Positions 40,091-49,840 of a DNA stretch of 64,000 nt are shown here, piece after piece. A program made the position numbers and the translations under genes. Origin of the DNA: an uncultured Planctomycetia bacterium. GTDB lineage: Bacteria > Omnitrophota > Gorgyraeia > Tantalellales > Tantalellaceae. Location: assembly GCA_964409365.1 (NCBI GenBank), contig CAYPCX010000001.1:128684-192683 (forward strand), in the 5' to 3' direction. How positions within the stretch are numbered: the stretch's first letter is position 1; the number at the start of each line of letters is the position of its first letter. The notes under the pieces are model-generated. The model ran no database searches. It had not been told where the DNA came from and saw only the letters and a program-made list of their open reading frames with translations.

Positions 40091-41248
40091 ATGGGAAAAA
40101 AGGTCTTTTTTATAACGGCATGTCTGGTCGTTAATATCGCCGTCATCTTCGCGATAGGCGAGATATACGCCAGGACAAAACACGGCGAAACGCTGTCTTT
40201 TAAATCGAGAGAAGCCCGGTACAGGAGGGCCGATTTCGAACTCCATCACTCGCTGATCCCGAACTCGCGGGGAAGGTCGGTGACGAAAGAGTGGGACGTG
40301 CCTTATTCGATCAATTCCCTGGGGCTGAGGGACAAAGAATATCCCGTCCGGAAAGATAAAGGCGCGTACAGGATACTCGTTATCGGGGATTCGTTCGCCG
40401 AGGGTTACGGCGTGAAGGCGGAAGATTCTTTCGCCAAGGTCCTCGAACGCAAGCTTAACGGCTCGCTCCCGGGCGGCCGGGAATACGAGGTCATCAACTG
40501 CGGCGTGGCCAGCTATTCGCCTCTTTTGGAATATCTTTTCCTCAAGAAAAGAGGCCTGGCCCTTAAGCCTGATATGGTCATCCTTTTTTACGATTTTGCC
40601 GATCTCAAGGATGATTATGAATACGAGATGACCACTTTTTACGCTTCTGGGGGCACGCCTCTGGCGAGCGTGCCATACAAAAGGGTTAGAGCGTACGGTT
40701 CCGGTCCCCTGGAACGGTTCCTGGTCAGGCATTCCATGTTCTATCTTTATCTGGAGAACAGGATCAACAAGGTCCTTTTCAAGTTCTCCGATATTGCCGG
40801 CGAAATGCCCGACATGGAAGAGATCGACCGTTTTATAGCTTTCAGGCAGGGTGAGGATAATGAAAAAAAGGTCCTGGAGCTGTGGGAAAGAAGCCGGGGA
40901 TATCTCCAGATGATCTACGGTATACTGGAAGAGAACGATATAAAGCTCGTCATTGCCAGTTATCCTTACGCCATAGAGGTGAGCGAAAAAGAGTGGTCCG
41001 AGGGACGGACGCTTAACGGTTTCGAGCGGGATGTAGTGTACGGCGAACCGGCCGTTGCCGGATACCTGCAGGAATTCGCCGGGGAAAGGGGGATATCCTT
41101 TATCGACCTGTACCCGGATTTCAGGGAAAGCGGTAAGTACCCTCTTTATTACGCGTTCGACGGCCACTTCAACGCGAACGGACATTCACTCGTGGCCGAA
41201 TCGCTTTTCAGGGAACTTACGGACGGGAGCGTCATCGAATTAAAATGA
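40091..41248 (+). CDS. Membrane-anchored SGNH/GDSL protein (AlgX/AlgJ-like)
   Basis: N-terminal TM, NSLGLRD, GDSF and DGHFNANGH motifs. Confidence 0.82.
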   Translation: MGKKVFFITACLVVNIAVIFAIGEIYARTKHGETLSFKSREARYRRADFELHHSLIPNSRGRSVTKEWDVPYSINSLGLRDKEYPVRKDKGAYRILVIGDSFAEGYGVKAEDSFAKVLERKLNGSLPGGREYEVINCGVASYSPLLEYLFLKKRGLALKPDMVILFYDFADLKDDYEYEMTTFYASGGTPLASVPYKRVRAYGSGPLERFLVRHSMFYLYLENRINKVLFKFSDIAGEMPDMEEIDRFIAFRQGEDNEKKVLELWERSRGYLQMIYGILEENDIKLVIASYPYAIEVSEKEWSEGRTLNGFERDVVYGEPAVAGYLQEFAGERGISFIDLYPDFRESGKYPLYYAFDGHFNANGHSLVAESLFRELTDGSVIELK

Positions 41249-42348
41249 GATACGTTTTCAAAAAGAAAAAATACGTCATACTTTTTTCCGTGCTGGACGC
41301 GCTGGGGACGGTACTCATGCTGGCTTCATGGATAGCCAGGCGCGCCCTGCCTTTTAAGGTGGACAGGATGCTCATCATAAGGGGTGATCATATCGGGGAC
41401 GTCATCGCCGCCACTGTCGTTTTGGAACCCCTGAGGGAGGCGTTCCCGGAGGCTACAATAGATTTTGTGGCGCCGTCCTGGGCGGCGGATATCCTGAGCG
41501 CCAATCCTTTTCTGGACAACGTCATTCCCTTCGATCCACCCTGGTTCGACAGGAGCGCGGGAGGACCGGTGTTCGACATGAACGGTTTCCGTGAGCTTGT
41601 CGAGCTCATAAGGAAAGGTAATTATGAGCTTGCTATCGATCTCAGAGGGGATTTCAGGCATATCCTGGCCATGTACCTGGCGGGCGTGAGATACAGGATC
41701 GGCTACGGCGTAACAGGCGGGGGTTTCCTTCTCACGCATATGGTCCCTTATGATACGAAAAAGCATGAGACCGAGAGGAACGCGGCGCTCCTTGAGCCTC
41801 TGGGCATAGAGGGCGAGACCGGTAAGGTCGGGCTCTTTCTTTCGGAAGAGGACGACGAGAAGACCGATATCGTCAGGCGCGAATACGGTATCGAGAAAGA
41901 TTATGCCGTGGTACATCCCGTCCCGGGGCATAAAGCGAAGAACTGGAACGAATATGACTTCGCCCAGGTAGTGAAATACGTGCATGACGATAAAGGGCTG
42001 ATGCCGCTGATCGTCGGTTCAGAGAGCGACGGAAAAGCGGCGAAAGAGATATTGTCGCTGGCCGGGGTGGAGGGAGTGGACCTTTCGGGGAAAACAAGCC
42101 TTGCGACTCTGGGGTGGCTCGCCAGCGGGGCGTCGCTTTTCATCGGAGTGGATTCGGGGCCTTCGCACATCGCCGCTTCGACCGGGATCCCCTCGGTGAT
42201 ACTCTTCAGCGGCGTTAATGATCCAGAACAATGGGCTCCCAAGGGCGATAACGTCAGGATAGTATATCCGGGAGAAGGGAAAGACCTGTCATGGGTGACC
42301 CCTCCCCAGGTATACAAGGCAATAGATGAGGTGTTGGAGAAAAGATAG
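41245..42348 (+). CDS. Glycosyltransferase family 9 (heptosyltransferase-like)
   Basis: DHIGDV and GVDSGPSHIA motifs. Confidence 0.9.
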   Translation: MRYVFKKKKYVILFSVLDALGTVLMLASWIARRALPFKVDRMLIIRGDHIGDVIAATVVLEPLREAFPEATIDFVAPSWAADILSANPFLDNVIPFDPPWFDRSAGGPVFDMNGFRELVELIRKGNYELAIDLRGDFRHILAMYLAGVRYRIGYGVTGGGFLLTHMVPYDTKKHETERNAALLEPLGIEGETGKVGLFLSEEDDEKTDIVRREYGIEKDYAVVHPVPGHKAKNWNEYDFAQVVKYVHDDKGLMPLIVGSESDGKAAKEILSLAGVEGVDLSGKTSLATLGWLASGASLFIGVDSGPSHIAASTGIPSVILFSGVNDPEQWAPKGDNVRIVYPGEGKDLSWVTPPQVYKAIDEVLEKR

Positions 42349-42396
42349 TGTCAAAGTGTCAAAGAATCCACTCTGATATTATGACACTATGACACT
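42347..42396. repeat. Inverted pair of octamer tandem repeats
   Basis: AGTGTCAA x2 (42347-42362) and ATGACACT x2 (42381-42396); TGACACT is the reverse complement of AGTGTCA. Confidence 0.85.
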
Positions 42397-42411
42397 GAAA
42401 CGGAGTGAACG

Positions 42412-43509
42412 ATGCGAATTGGTTTTGATGCGAGGATGATAACGCACCCGGGTATAGGCAGGTACATAAGCTGTCTTTTGCCCGAGATGGTAAAATTCGC
42501 GCCGAAAGACAAGTTCGTTCTTTTCGGCGACCCGGAACGCCTTGTTGATATTGCCGCTTCGGGGAACGTGAGCGTCCGCAGGTGGACCGCGCCGGTCTAT
42601 TCGTTCCGGGAACAGCTCTTCGGCCTTTTTCCGGCAAAGGGCCTGGATATACTTCATGTACCGCATTTCAATATCCCGCTCTTTTTCAAGGGAAAGATGG
42701 TGGTTACGATCCATGACCTGATATATCTTCTTTTTCCGGGATCCGTGCCATCGCCCCTGGCGAAGCGTTACGCTTCTTTTATGATCGCATCATGCATGAA
42801 GAAGGCCGTGGGAATAATAGCGGTCTCCGAGAATACCCGGAAGGACCTGGAGAGGATATACGGCAAGGCCCGTTCGGGGAAGATCAGTGTCGTCCATGAG
42901 GCGTCGGGTAGATCTTTTCGGCTGATGGAGGACAAGACAAAAGAGGCGGACGTGAAATGCAGGTACCGGTTGTCAGACCGTACTATACTGTATGTCGGCA
43001 GCATCAAACCCCATAAGAATATAGAGACGCTGATAAAAGCGTTCAGGCTTTTGAAGGACTGGGGCGTGCCGCACCAGCTTGTGATATGCGGCAGGTGGGA
43101 TAAGAAGGAGGACCGCCTCAGGGCAGAAATGAGCGACGGCCTGATAAAGTATCTCGGCGAGGTCCCTGCCGAAGACCTCGTGGTCCTTTATAACATGGCG
43201 GACGTTCTGTTGCACCCGTCTCTTTACGAGGGGTTCGGCCTGACGGTGCTCGAAGCCATGCGTTGCGGCACACCCGTTGTTACAACGGATACCTCGTCGC
43301 TTCCCGAGGTCGCGGGCAAGGCCGCGTTCACCGTGCCTCCCCTCAACGTTGAGCAGATGGCGGATACAGTGTACAATGTGCTGGTCAACGAGGAGCTTCG
43401 GAAAGGCATGGTGGAAGAGGGTTTTAGGCAGGAAGCAAAATTCTCCTGGGAGAGGGCCGCCCGGGAGACGCTTGATGTGTACCGGGAGGTACATGGGGAG
43501 AAGGCATGA
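42412..43509 (+). CDS. Glycosyltransferase family 4 (mannosyltransferase-like)
   Basis: GIGRY, TIHDL and PSLYEGFGL..LEAM motifs. Confidence 0.92.
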   Translation: MRIGFDARMITHPGIGRYISCLLPEMVKFAPKDKFVLFGDPERLVDIAASGNVSVRRWTAPVYSFREQLFGLFPAKGLDILHVPHFNIPLFFKGKMVVTIHDLIYLLFPGSVPSPLAKRYASFMIASCMKKAVGIIAVSENTRKDLERIYGKARSGKISVVHEASGRSFRLMEDKTKEADVKCRYRLSDRTILYVGSIKPHKNIETLIKAFRLLKDWGVPHQLVICGRWDKKEDRLRAEMSDGLIKYLGEVPAEDLVVLYNMADVLLHPSLYEGFGLTVLEAMRCGTPVVTTDTSSLPEVAGKAAFTVPPLNVEQMADTVYNVLVNEELRKGMVEEGFRQEAKFSWERAARETLDVYREVHGEKA

Positions 43510-43642
43510 ACTTTTCAGCTGGCAACAGTAAAAGGCAAGAGCACCCCGCGCTCGGACAGTTTTCGCCTCGCACAGTTTCGACAGCAAAAAAACTCGCGCG
43601 AGATACTCTTACCTTTTTTCGAGACCCGCTCATAACAGTTCA
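43507..43642. repeat. Dispersed ~140-bp hairpin element, copy 1 (most diverged)
   Basis: AAAAGGCAAGAG..GCTCGGACAGTTTTCGC-loop-ACAGCAAAAAAACT..CTCTTACCTTTT; outer arms TGAACT/AGTTCA. Confidence 0.85.
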
Positions 43643-43713
43643 GGCCATTGGTGCCTTGCAGCGTTAGATACAGAAGAAAGCTAGTCTCCAGATGCGGCTA
43701 AGGATATTGTGGA

Positions 43714-44868
43714 ATGGATAATATGAAAGTAGCGATAGTACATGACTGGTTGACCGGGATGAGAGGCGGGGAGAAGTGCCTTGAGGTGTTCTGTGAACTG
43801 TTCCCTGAGGCGCGTCTTTTCACGCTTCTTCATGATAAGGGGAGCGTTTCCGGGACTATCGAGAAGATGGACATAACGACCTCTTTCCTCCAGAAGATAC
43901 CGGGCATATCCAGGAATTACCGGAACTTCCTGCCTTTTTTCCCGGCGGCCGTGCGCAGTTTCGACCTTTCGTCCTATGATCTTGTCCTGAGTTCGAGCCA
44001 TTGCGTGGCCAAAGGGGCCAGGATCCCGGCCGGGGCTCTGCACATATGTTATTGTTATACCCCGATGAGGTATGCCTGGAAGTTCTTTAACGAGTATTTC
44101 GACAGGGAAGCTTCCGTCAAGAAGTGGGCGATAGCAAAGGTCATCGGCGCTCTCAAGAGCTGGGACCTCGCGACCAACAAAAGAGTTGATTATTTCATAG
44201 CCATATCGGATAATGTTAAAAAACGTGTAGAGCGTTTCTACGAAAGGGACGCGGAAGTCATATATCCGCCAGTGGATACGGATGAAAAGGGCGCTGTGGC
44301 GGAGAAAGGCGGGTATTACCTTATAGTTTCCGCCCTGGTGCCGTATAAGCGGGTAGATCTCGCCGTCAGGTCTTTTAATGAGACCGGCAGGAAACTTGTT
44401 ATAATAGGCACAGGGACGGACCTGGAACGGCTCAAGAGGTCCTCGAACGGGAATATCGAATACGCGGGGTGGGCGGATGACGCCGCGCTCAAGAGGTATT
44501 ACGCAGGATGCCGGGCCCTGGTCTTCCCCGGGGAAGAGGATTTCGGTATAGTTCCCGTGGAAGCCCAGGCGTATGGTAAGCCCGTGATAGCCTACGCGGG
44601 CGGCGGTGCGCTTGAAACGGTGGTCCCGCTCGGCGTGGAGGGCCATACCGGTAAGCAGGAACACGCTACTGGCGTGTTCTTCCATGAGCAAACGGCCTCT
44701 TCATTGAACGGGGCGATAGAGACCTTTGAAAGGAACGAGCGTTTCTTTGACCCGGCGCGGATCAGGCAGAACGCGCTCCGTTTTAACAGGGACCGGTTCA
44801 AGCGTGAGGTCCGTGAGTATATAGAGAAAAAATGGAAAGAACATTTAAAGGATGAGGAAAAGAAATAA
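43714..44868 (+). CDS. Glycosyltransferase family 4 (WbaZ-like)
   Basis: VHDWLTGMRGGE, CYCYTPMRYAW and EDFGIVPVEAQA motifs. Confidence 0.92.
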   Translation: MDNMKVAIVHDWLTGMRGGEKCLEVFCELFPEARLFTLLHDKGSVSGTIEKMDITTSFLQKIPGISRNYRNFLPFFPAAVRSFDLSSYDLVLSSSHCVAKGARIPAGALHICYCYTPMRYAWKFFNEYFDREASVKKWAIAKVIGALKSWDLATNKRVDYFIAISDNVKKRVERFYERDAEVIYPPVDTDEKGAVAEKGGYYLIVSALVPYKRVDLAVRSFNETGRKLVIIGTGTDLERLKRSSNGNIEYAGWADDAALKRYYAGCRALVFPGEEDFGIVPVEAQAYGKPVIAYAGGGALETVVPLGVEGHTGKQEHATGVFFHEQTASSLNGAIETFERNERFFDPARIRQNALRFNRDRFKREVREYIEKKWKEHLKDEEKK

Positions 44869-46246
44869 CGTAAAACTGGCCGCGGTACTGGTGCTGGGAG
44901 ATATCCTGGCCATCAACCTGGGGTTTCTCGTCGCGTACTGGTTGAGGTTCAGATCGGGCCTTTTCCCGATCGTTTACGGGATACCTCATATCAGCGAATA
45001 CATAAAGCTATTACCGGTACTTACGGTCATACTTCTTTTCCTGGCGCGGGCCGAAAAGCTTTATTCCGCCAAGGCGCGTCTTTCCATAGTGGACGAGTTT
45101 TTCGTCATAGTCAGGTCCGTGACACTGGGCATATTGGTGTTCATGGCCGCGACGTTCGTTTACAGGGAATATTCATACTCGCGCGGAATGCTCATCGTCT
45201 CGTGGCTCATGCTCATCTTTTTTATGGGCGGCTGGAGATTCTTTGTCAACAGGGTACGTATCCTGATCAGGGAGAAGAAGGGCAAAACGAGGAATCTTCT
45301 CATTATAGGGGACGGCCCCATGGTCAACCGCCTGATAATGCATATATCGGGGGACCCGCACTGGGATTACAACGTGAAGGGTGTGGTCAGGGTGAATTTC
45401 AGCGTCTCCGACTATCCGGGCGATGCCCCCGTCCTGGGGTCACTCGACAACCTGACGAAGATACTCGAGGACAATGATATCGGGGAGGTCATCCTCACCG
45501 ACGTGGAGATGCCGCGGTCAAGGATAATGGACATAATAATGGAGTGCGAGAAGCGCATGATAGAGTTCCGGCTTGTGGCGGATATCCTGGGCATGGTGAC
45601 TTCCCAGGTGGATATGCAGAGCATAGACGGGGTGCCGCTTTTAGGGCTCAAAGACTCTCCGCTAATGGAGGGTTACCACCGTTTTATAAAAAGGGTGACC
45701 GATATCGTGTTCTCGAGCATAGGGCTGGTAGTCCTTTCACCCGTATTCCTGGTAGTGGGCGCGGCCGTCAAATTAAGTTCGTCCGGCCCCATGTTCTATC
45801 TGCAGAAGCGTATAGGAGAGGACGGCCGCCGGTTCGCCATGATAAAGTTCAGGACCATGGTGGAGAACGCCGAAAAGGGAGTGGGCAGGGTCTGGGCCCA
45901 GGAGAACGATCCCAGGAGGACCGGTGTGGGCGGGGTCTTAAGGAAATACAACCTGGATGAACTGCCCCAGCTGGTGAACGTGCTTAAAGGTGAGATGAGC
46001 CTGGTAGGACCGAGGCCGGAACGGCCCCATTTTGTAGGCAAGTTCAAGGAGGATATCCCGCGTTACATGACCCGCCACAAGATCAAATCCGGAATGACCG
46101 GATGGGCCCAGGTCAACGGGTTAAGGGGTAATACGTCGATAGAAGAGCGCACGAAATACGACCTTTATTACATCGAGAACTGGTCACTGGCGTTTGACCT
46201 CAAGATCCTGTTCATGTCGGTCTTCGCGGTGAAGAACGCGTATTGA
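44852..46246 (+). CDS. Undecaprenyl-phosphate glucose phosphotransferase (WcaJ-like initiating enzyme)
   Basis: Four N-terminal TMs, KFRTM, LDELPQL.NVLKGEMSLVGPRPE and GMTGWAQVNG motifs. Confidence 0.95.
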   Translation: MRKRNNVKLAAVLVLGDILAINLGFLVAYWLRFRSGLFPIVYGIPHISEYIKLLPVLTVILLFLARAEKLYSAKARLSIVDEFFVIVRSVTLGILVFMAATFVYREYSYSRGMLIVSWLMLIFFMGGWRFFVNRVRILIREKKGKTRNLLIIGDGPMVNRLIMHISGDPHWDYNVKGVVRVNFSVSDYPGDAPVLGSLDNLTKILEDNDIGEVILTDVEMPRSRIMDIIMECEKRMIEFRLVADILGMVTSQVDMQSIDGVPLLGLKDSPLMEGYHRFIKRVTDIVFSSIGLVVLSPVFLVVGAAVKLSSSGPMFYLQKRIGEDGRRFAMIKFRTMVENAEKGVGRVWAQENDPRRTGVGGVLRKYNLDELPQLVNVLKGEMSLVGPRPERPHFVGKFKEDIPRYMTRHKIKSGMTGWAQVNGLRGNTSIEERTKYDLYYIENWSLAFDLKILFMSVFAVKNAY

Positions 46247-46259
46247 CCCCCTTAAAATT

Positions 46260-47465
46260 ATGTCAAAAGAAAAGATCCTGAAAACATGTGATATCGCGAT
46301 CGAGTGGTCTTTTTATTCACTGCTCGTGGTGGTAACGTTCTCCACGTCGCTGGTAGAGATATTCTCTTCGGTGATGATAGCCGCCTGGCTGGTAAAGATG
46401 ATACTGCGAAAGGATATCAGGTCCGTTGATTCCATCCCCGTCAGGATTCTGCTGCTGTACTGGGCGTGGACAGTGCTTTCCTGTGTTAACAGTGGATATT
46501 TCAGCGAAAGCCTGCGAGGCATATTTAAATGGGGAGAATACGGTCTTTTATTCATCGTAGCCGCGACGGAACTGCGGGGTGAAAAGACCGTCAAAAAAGC
46601 CCTTTATGCCTTAACGGGAGCGACCGTACTGGTGACACTGAACGGTTTCGCGCAGTATTTTACCGGCGAGGACCTGATCAGGCACAGGCAGCTGATATAC
46701 CAGGATTATCTTAACAGGGTCTCGTCCTCTTTTGTCCATCCCAACGATTACGGTGTCTACCTGCTCGTGGTGGCCATGATATTCATATCGTTCCTCATAT
46801 CGCAGGGAAGCCGGTTGAGGGAGAGGTTTCTGGTGGCAGTGCCGGCCGCGCTTTCGATGGTGAGCCTTTTTCTTACCAAGTCGCGCGGGGCATGGATCTC
46901 CTTCGCGGCCGCGTTCTTTGTTCTGGGCACATTGAAGTCCAGGCGGATGGTGGCCCTGTTCCTCGCGATGCTCCTGGTAGTGTTCATAATACTTCCTTAC
47001 ACGGCCCAGCAGAGGATATTCGATCTTGCCGATCTTCAAGGGGGCACCACCTGGGAACGCCTCATGCTCTGGAAAGGCACGGTCAATATGATAAAAGTGC
47101 ATCCCGTCATGGGTTTCGGGGTGAACACTTACAGCAGGAATTTCCCCAAGTATAAACCGCCGGATTATTTCGGCATGAGGTATACGCATAATTCCTACCT
47201 GCACATGGCCGCCGAGGTGGGATGCGTGGGGGCACTGCTCTTTATGGTGTTCCTTGTCACGACATTGACCCTTTCGTTGAGGGGGATCTTCGTTCTTGCG
47301 GAAGGCCGCCGGAAGGCGTTCGCGGTCGGGCTTTTTGCGGCAATGGCGGGTTTTTCCATGAACTGTATAGTGGATACACATCTTTATTCCGTCAATCTTG
47401 CCGTTTTTTTTCATTTGTTGTTAGGTTACTGTTTTGCGCTGAGCTGCTATGCCCGAAAAGACTGA
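46260..47465 (+). CDS. O-antigen ligase (WaaL)/Wzy_C family protein
   Basis: Many TMs; HPNDY, TKSRGAW, GFG and HNSYL motifs. Confidence 0.88.
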   Translation: MSKEKILKTCDIAIEWSFYSLLVVVTFSTSLVEIFSSVMIAAWLVKMILRKDIRSVDSIPVRILLLYWAWTVLSCVNSGYFSESLRGIFKWGEYGLLFIVAATELRGEKTVKKALYALTGATVLVTLNGFAQYFTGEDLIRHRQLIYQDYLNRVSSSFVHPNDYGVYLLVVAMIFISFLISQGSRLRERFLVAVPAALSMVSLFLTKSRGAWISFAAAFFVLGTLKSRRMVALFLAMLLVVFIILPYTAQQRIFDLADLQGGTTWERLMLWKGTVNMIKVHPVMGFGVNTYSRNFPKYKPPDYFGMRYTHNSYLHMAAEVGCVGALLFMVFLVTTLTLSLRGIFVLAEGRRKAFAVGLFAAMAGFSMNCIVDTHLYSVNLAVFFHLLLGYCFALSCYARKD

Positions 47466-48492
47466 TCCCCGGAATATAGTGATAATGCGGACCGACCGCA
47501 TAGGAGAGGTCCTGCTTTCCACCGTCGCGGTGGACGCTCTCAGGAGGGCATTCCCCGGCGCCCGCATATCGTTCGTGACGTCCGAATATTCCAGGCCAGT
47601 CGTGGAAGGGAGGGACGATATCGACGAAGTGGTAACGGTGGACACTATGACCAGAGGCGGAACACTTGTTAGGGCGGTCCGCCTGGCCTCGACCTTGAAA
47701 GAGAAGAAGTTCGACGCGGCGATCGTCCTGAACCCGCATAAGGTCCTGCACATGGCCGCTTTTCTGGCGGGCATCGGTGTACGCCTCGGGTATGACAGGA
47801 AATGGGGATGTCTGCTGAACAGGAAGATGCGCGATTTAAGATCTGAAGGCAGAAAACACGAAATAGAGTACACCATGGACCTTCTCCGGCTTTTGGGAGT
47901 AGAAGGCGAGGCCTTTGGGCCGAGGCTCCCGGTGGATGAGGCGGCAAGAGAACGTGTGAGGGAGTTTCTGTCTAGAAGGGGGATCGCGCCGGATACACGC
48001 GTTATCGTGGTCCATCCCGGCAGCAGTAACCCGGCCAAAATATGGCCGAGCGGACGGTATGCGCTGCTCATACGCAGAATAAGGATGGAATTGGGGTTTC
48101 TCGTTTGCGTGCTGGGGGTAAAGGAGGAACGCTCCCTGGCTAACAGGATAGTGCAGGAGGCAGGAGCGGATGTGCTGAACCTTGCCGGAGAGTTCGACCT
48201 GAAAGAGGTTTCCGCGCTTCTGGAACGAGCGTGTCTTTTCATCGGGAATGACACGGGTCCCATGCACATGGCGGCTGCTCTCGGCGTGCCCGTGGTGGCC
48301 ATATTCTCGAGGAACATACCTGGCGTGAGCCCCGCCAGATGGCGGCCCTGGGGCGAGGGGCACGTGGTCTTTCACGAGACGCCGGGCTGCGAACCGTGCC
48401 ATGATACGGGATGCCCTTATGAATATAAATGCATGCAGGCGGTAGCTGTCGATGATGTATTTAAAGCAGCGCAAAGGATATTAAATGTCTAA
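47449..48492 (+). CDS. Glycosyltransferase family 9 (WaaF-like)
   Basis: DRIGEV, HPGS...KIWP and GNDTGPMHMAAA motifs. Confidence 0.9.
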   Translation: MPEKTDPRNIVIMRTDRIGEVLLSTVAVDALRRAFPGARISFVTSEYSRPVVEGRDDIDEVVTVDTMTRGGTLVRAVRLASTLKEKKFDAAIVLNPHKVLHMAAFLAGIGVRLGYDRKWGCLLNRKMRDLRSEGRKHEIEYTMDLLRLLGVEGEAFGPRLPVDEAARERVREFLSRRGIAPDTRVIVVHPGSSNPAKIWPSGRYALLIRRIRMELGFLVCVLGVKEERSLANRIVQEAGADVLNLAGEFDLKEVSALLERACLFIGNDTGPMHMAAALGVPVVAIFSRNIPGVSPARWRPWGEGHVVFHETPGCEPCHDTGCPYEYKCMQAVAVDDVFKAAQRILNV

Positions 48493-48629
48493 AAAGTTTT
48501 CAATGCGAACACAGAAAAGAAAAGAGTCTCCCGTGCTCAAACAGTTTTTGCCTCACACATTTTGCGTGACAGCAAAAAAACTGCGCGCGGGAGACCCTTT
48601 CCTTTTTTACGCTCCCGTTGAGGACTTTT
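48492..48629. repeat. Dispersed ~140-bp hairpin element, copy 2
   Basis: AAAGAGTCTCCCGTGCTCAAACAGTTTTTGC-loop-ACAGCAAAAAAACTGCGCGCGGGAGACCCTTT; outer arms AAAAGTTTTCAA/TTGAGGACTTTT. Confidence 0.92.
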
Positions 48630-48661
48630 CGAATATGGAATATGTGGAACTTGTATAACTT

Positions 48662-48740
48662 AAAGAGGAAAGGGTGTTCCCGTACAGGGAGGATCCACAC
48701 CGGGCGGAGGGGCCCTGGCAGGGAGTACCCTTTCGTCTTT
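48662..48740. repeat. Inverted repeat/hairpin immediately upstream of the GT9 start
   Basis: GAAAGGGTGTTCCC (48668-48681) pairs with GGGAGTACCCTTTC (48721-48734) using two G-T wobbles. Confidence 0.75.
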
Positions 48741-48745
48741 ACGCT

Positions 48746-49840
48746 ATGAACAGGATACTGGTAGCTAACATATTCGGCATAGGGGACGTTCTCTTCACGA
48801 CGCCCCTTATCTCGAGCCTGAAGAGGAAGATGCCCGGTCTTTCGGTGGACTATCTCTGCAACGCCAGGGCCAGGGGGATGGTCAAGTTTATACCGGATGT
48901 GGACGATATATACGTGTATGAGAAGGATGATCTCGCTTCCCTGTGGCGCTCTTCGAAGCCGGCCTGCCTTAAACGGTCGTGGGAGATCTTCTCGGCTCTC
49001 AGGGATAAAAAATATGACGCGGTCTTTGATTTCACGCTTTCGCGAAAGTTCGGGTTTTTCTTAATGCTGGCCGGTATCCGCAGGAGAATAGGGCTGGACT
49101 ACAAAAAAAGAGGGACTTTCCTCACGGATAAGACTGCGTTTACGGGTTTTGAACAGCGGCACGTGATAGAACATTATCTTGATCTTCTGGAGCATGCGGG
49201 AGTGGAACCTTCGGTGAGGGAGCTGGGCCTGGTGCCGGATGAGAACGCCCTCGAACGCGCGGACCGCTTTTTGGGGGAGAAAGGTGTGGGAGAAGGGGAT
49301 CTTGTGGCCGTCATGCCGGGCGGCGGCGCCAGCTGGGGGCCGATGGCGCCCAGGAAACGATGGAGCGCTGGAGGGTTCGCGCGCGTCGCGGACATATTGA
49401 CGGAAAAAGGATATAAGGTACTTATTCTCGGGGACAGGTCGGAAACAGGTCTTTGTGAGGATACTGTCCGGATGATGAAAGAAAAATGCGCGTTGGTCGA
49501 GAACGGCCTGGAGATCGAAGAATACATAGCGGTCCTGGCGAGGTGCGGCCTGGCGGTCTGCAACGACGGAGGCCCCCTTCACGTGGCGGTCGCGCTGGGG
49601 CTCAGGACGGTGTCGATATTCGGCCCCGTGGACGAAAAGGTGTACGGGCCTTATCCGCCTTCAGAGAAACACGTGGTCATGACCGCGAAAGAGTTGGGCT
49701 GCCGGCCGTGTTATGGGAGGTTCCGGTTGCCGGAATGTTCAAACGATCTACGGTGTCTGGGTAATATTGAACCGGGAAAAGTGGCGAACGCCTGCTTGAA
49801 ACTTTTGGGAAGGAAAGATGTATATACGGACGTTAAATAG
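48746..49840 (+). CDS. Glycosyltransferase family 9
   Basis: GIGDVLF, PGGG...KRW and CNDGGPLHVAVA motifs; start reassigned to ATG 48746. Confidence 0.9.
   Translation: MNRILVANIFGIGDVLFTTPLISSLKRKMPGLSVDYLCNARARGMVKFIPDVDDIYVYEKDDLASLWRSSKPACLKRSWEIFSALRDKKYDAVFDFTLSRKFGFFLMLAGIRRRIGLDYKKRGTFLTDKTAFTGFEQRHVIEHYLDLLEHAGVEPSVRELGLVPDENALERADRFLGEKGVGEGDLVAVMPGGGASWGPMAPRKRWSAGGFARVADILTEKGYKVLILGDRSETGLCEDTVRMMKEKCALVENGLEIEEYIAVLARCGLAVCNDGGPLHVAVALGLRTVSIFGPVDEKVYGPYPPSEKHVVMTAKELGCRPCYGRFRLPECSNDLRCLGNIEPGKVANACLKLLGRKDVYTDVK

Noticed and set aside
48438-48449. ops-like sequence GGCGGTAGCTGT
   Set aside because: Inside the GT9 coding sequence, does not fit GGCGGTAGnnTG, and is not in a leader
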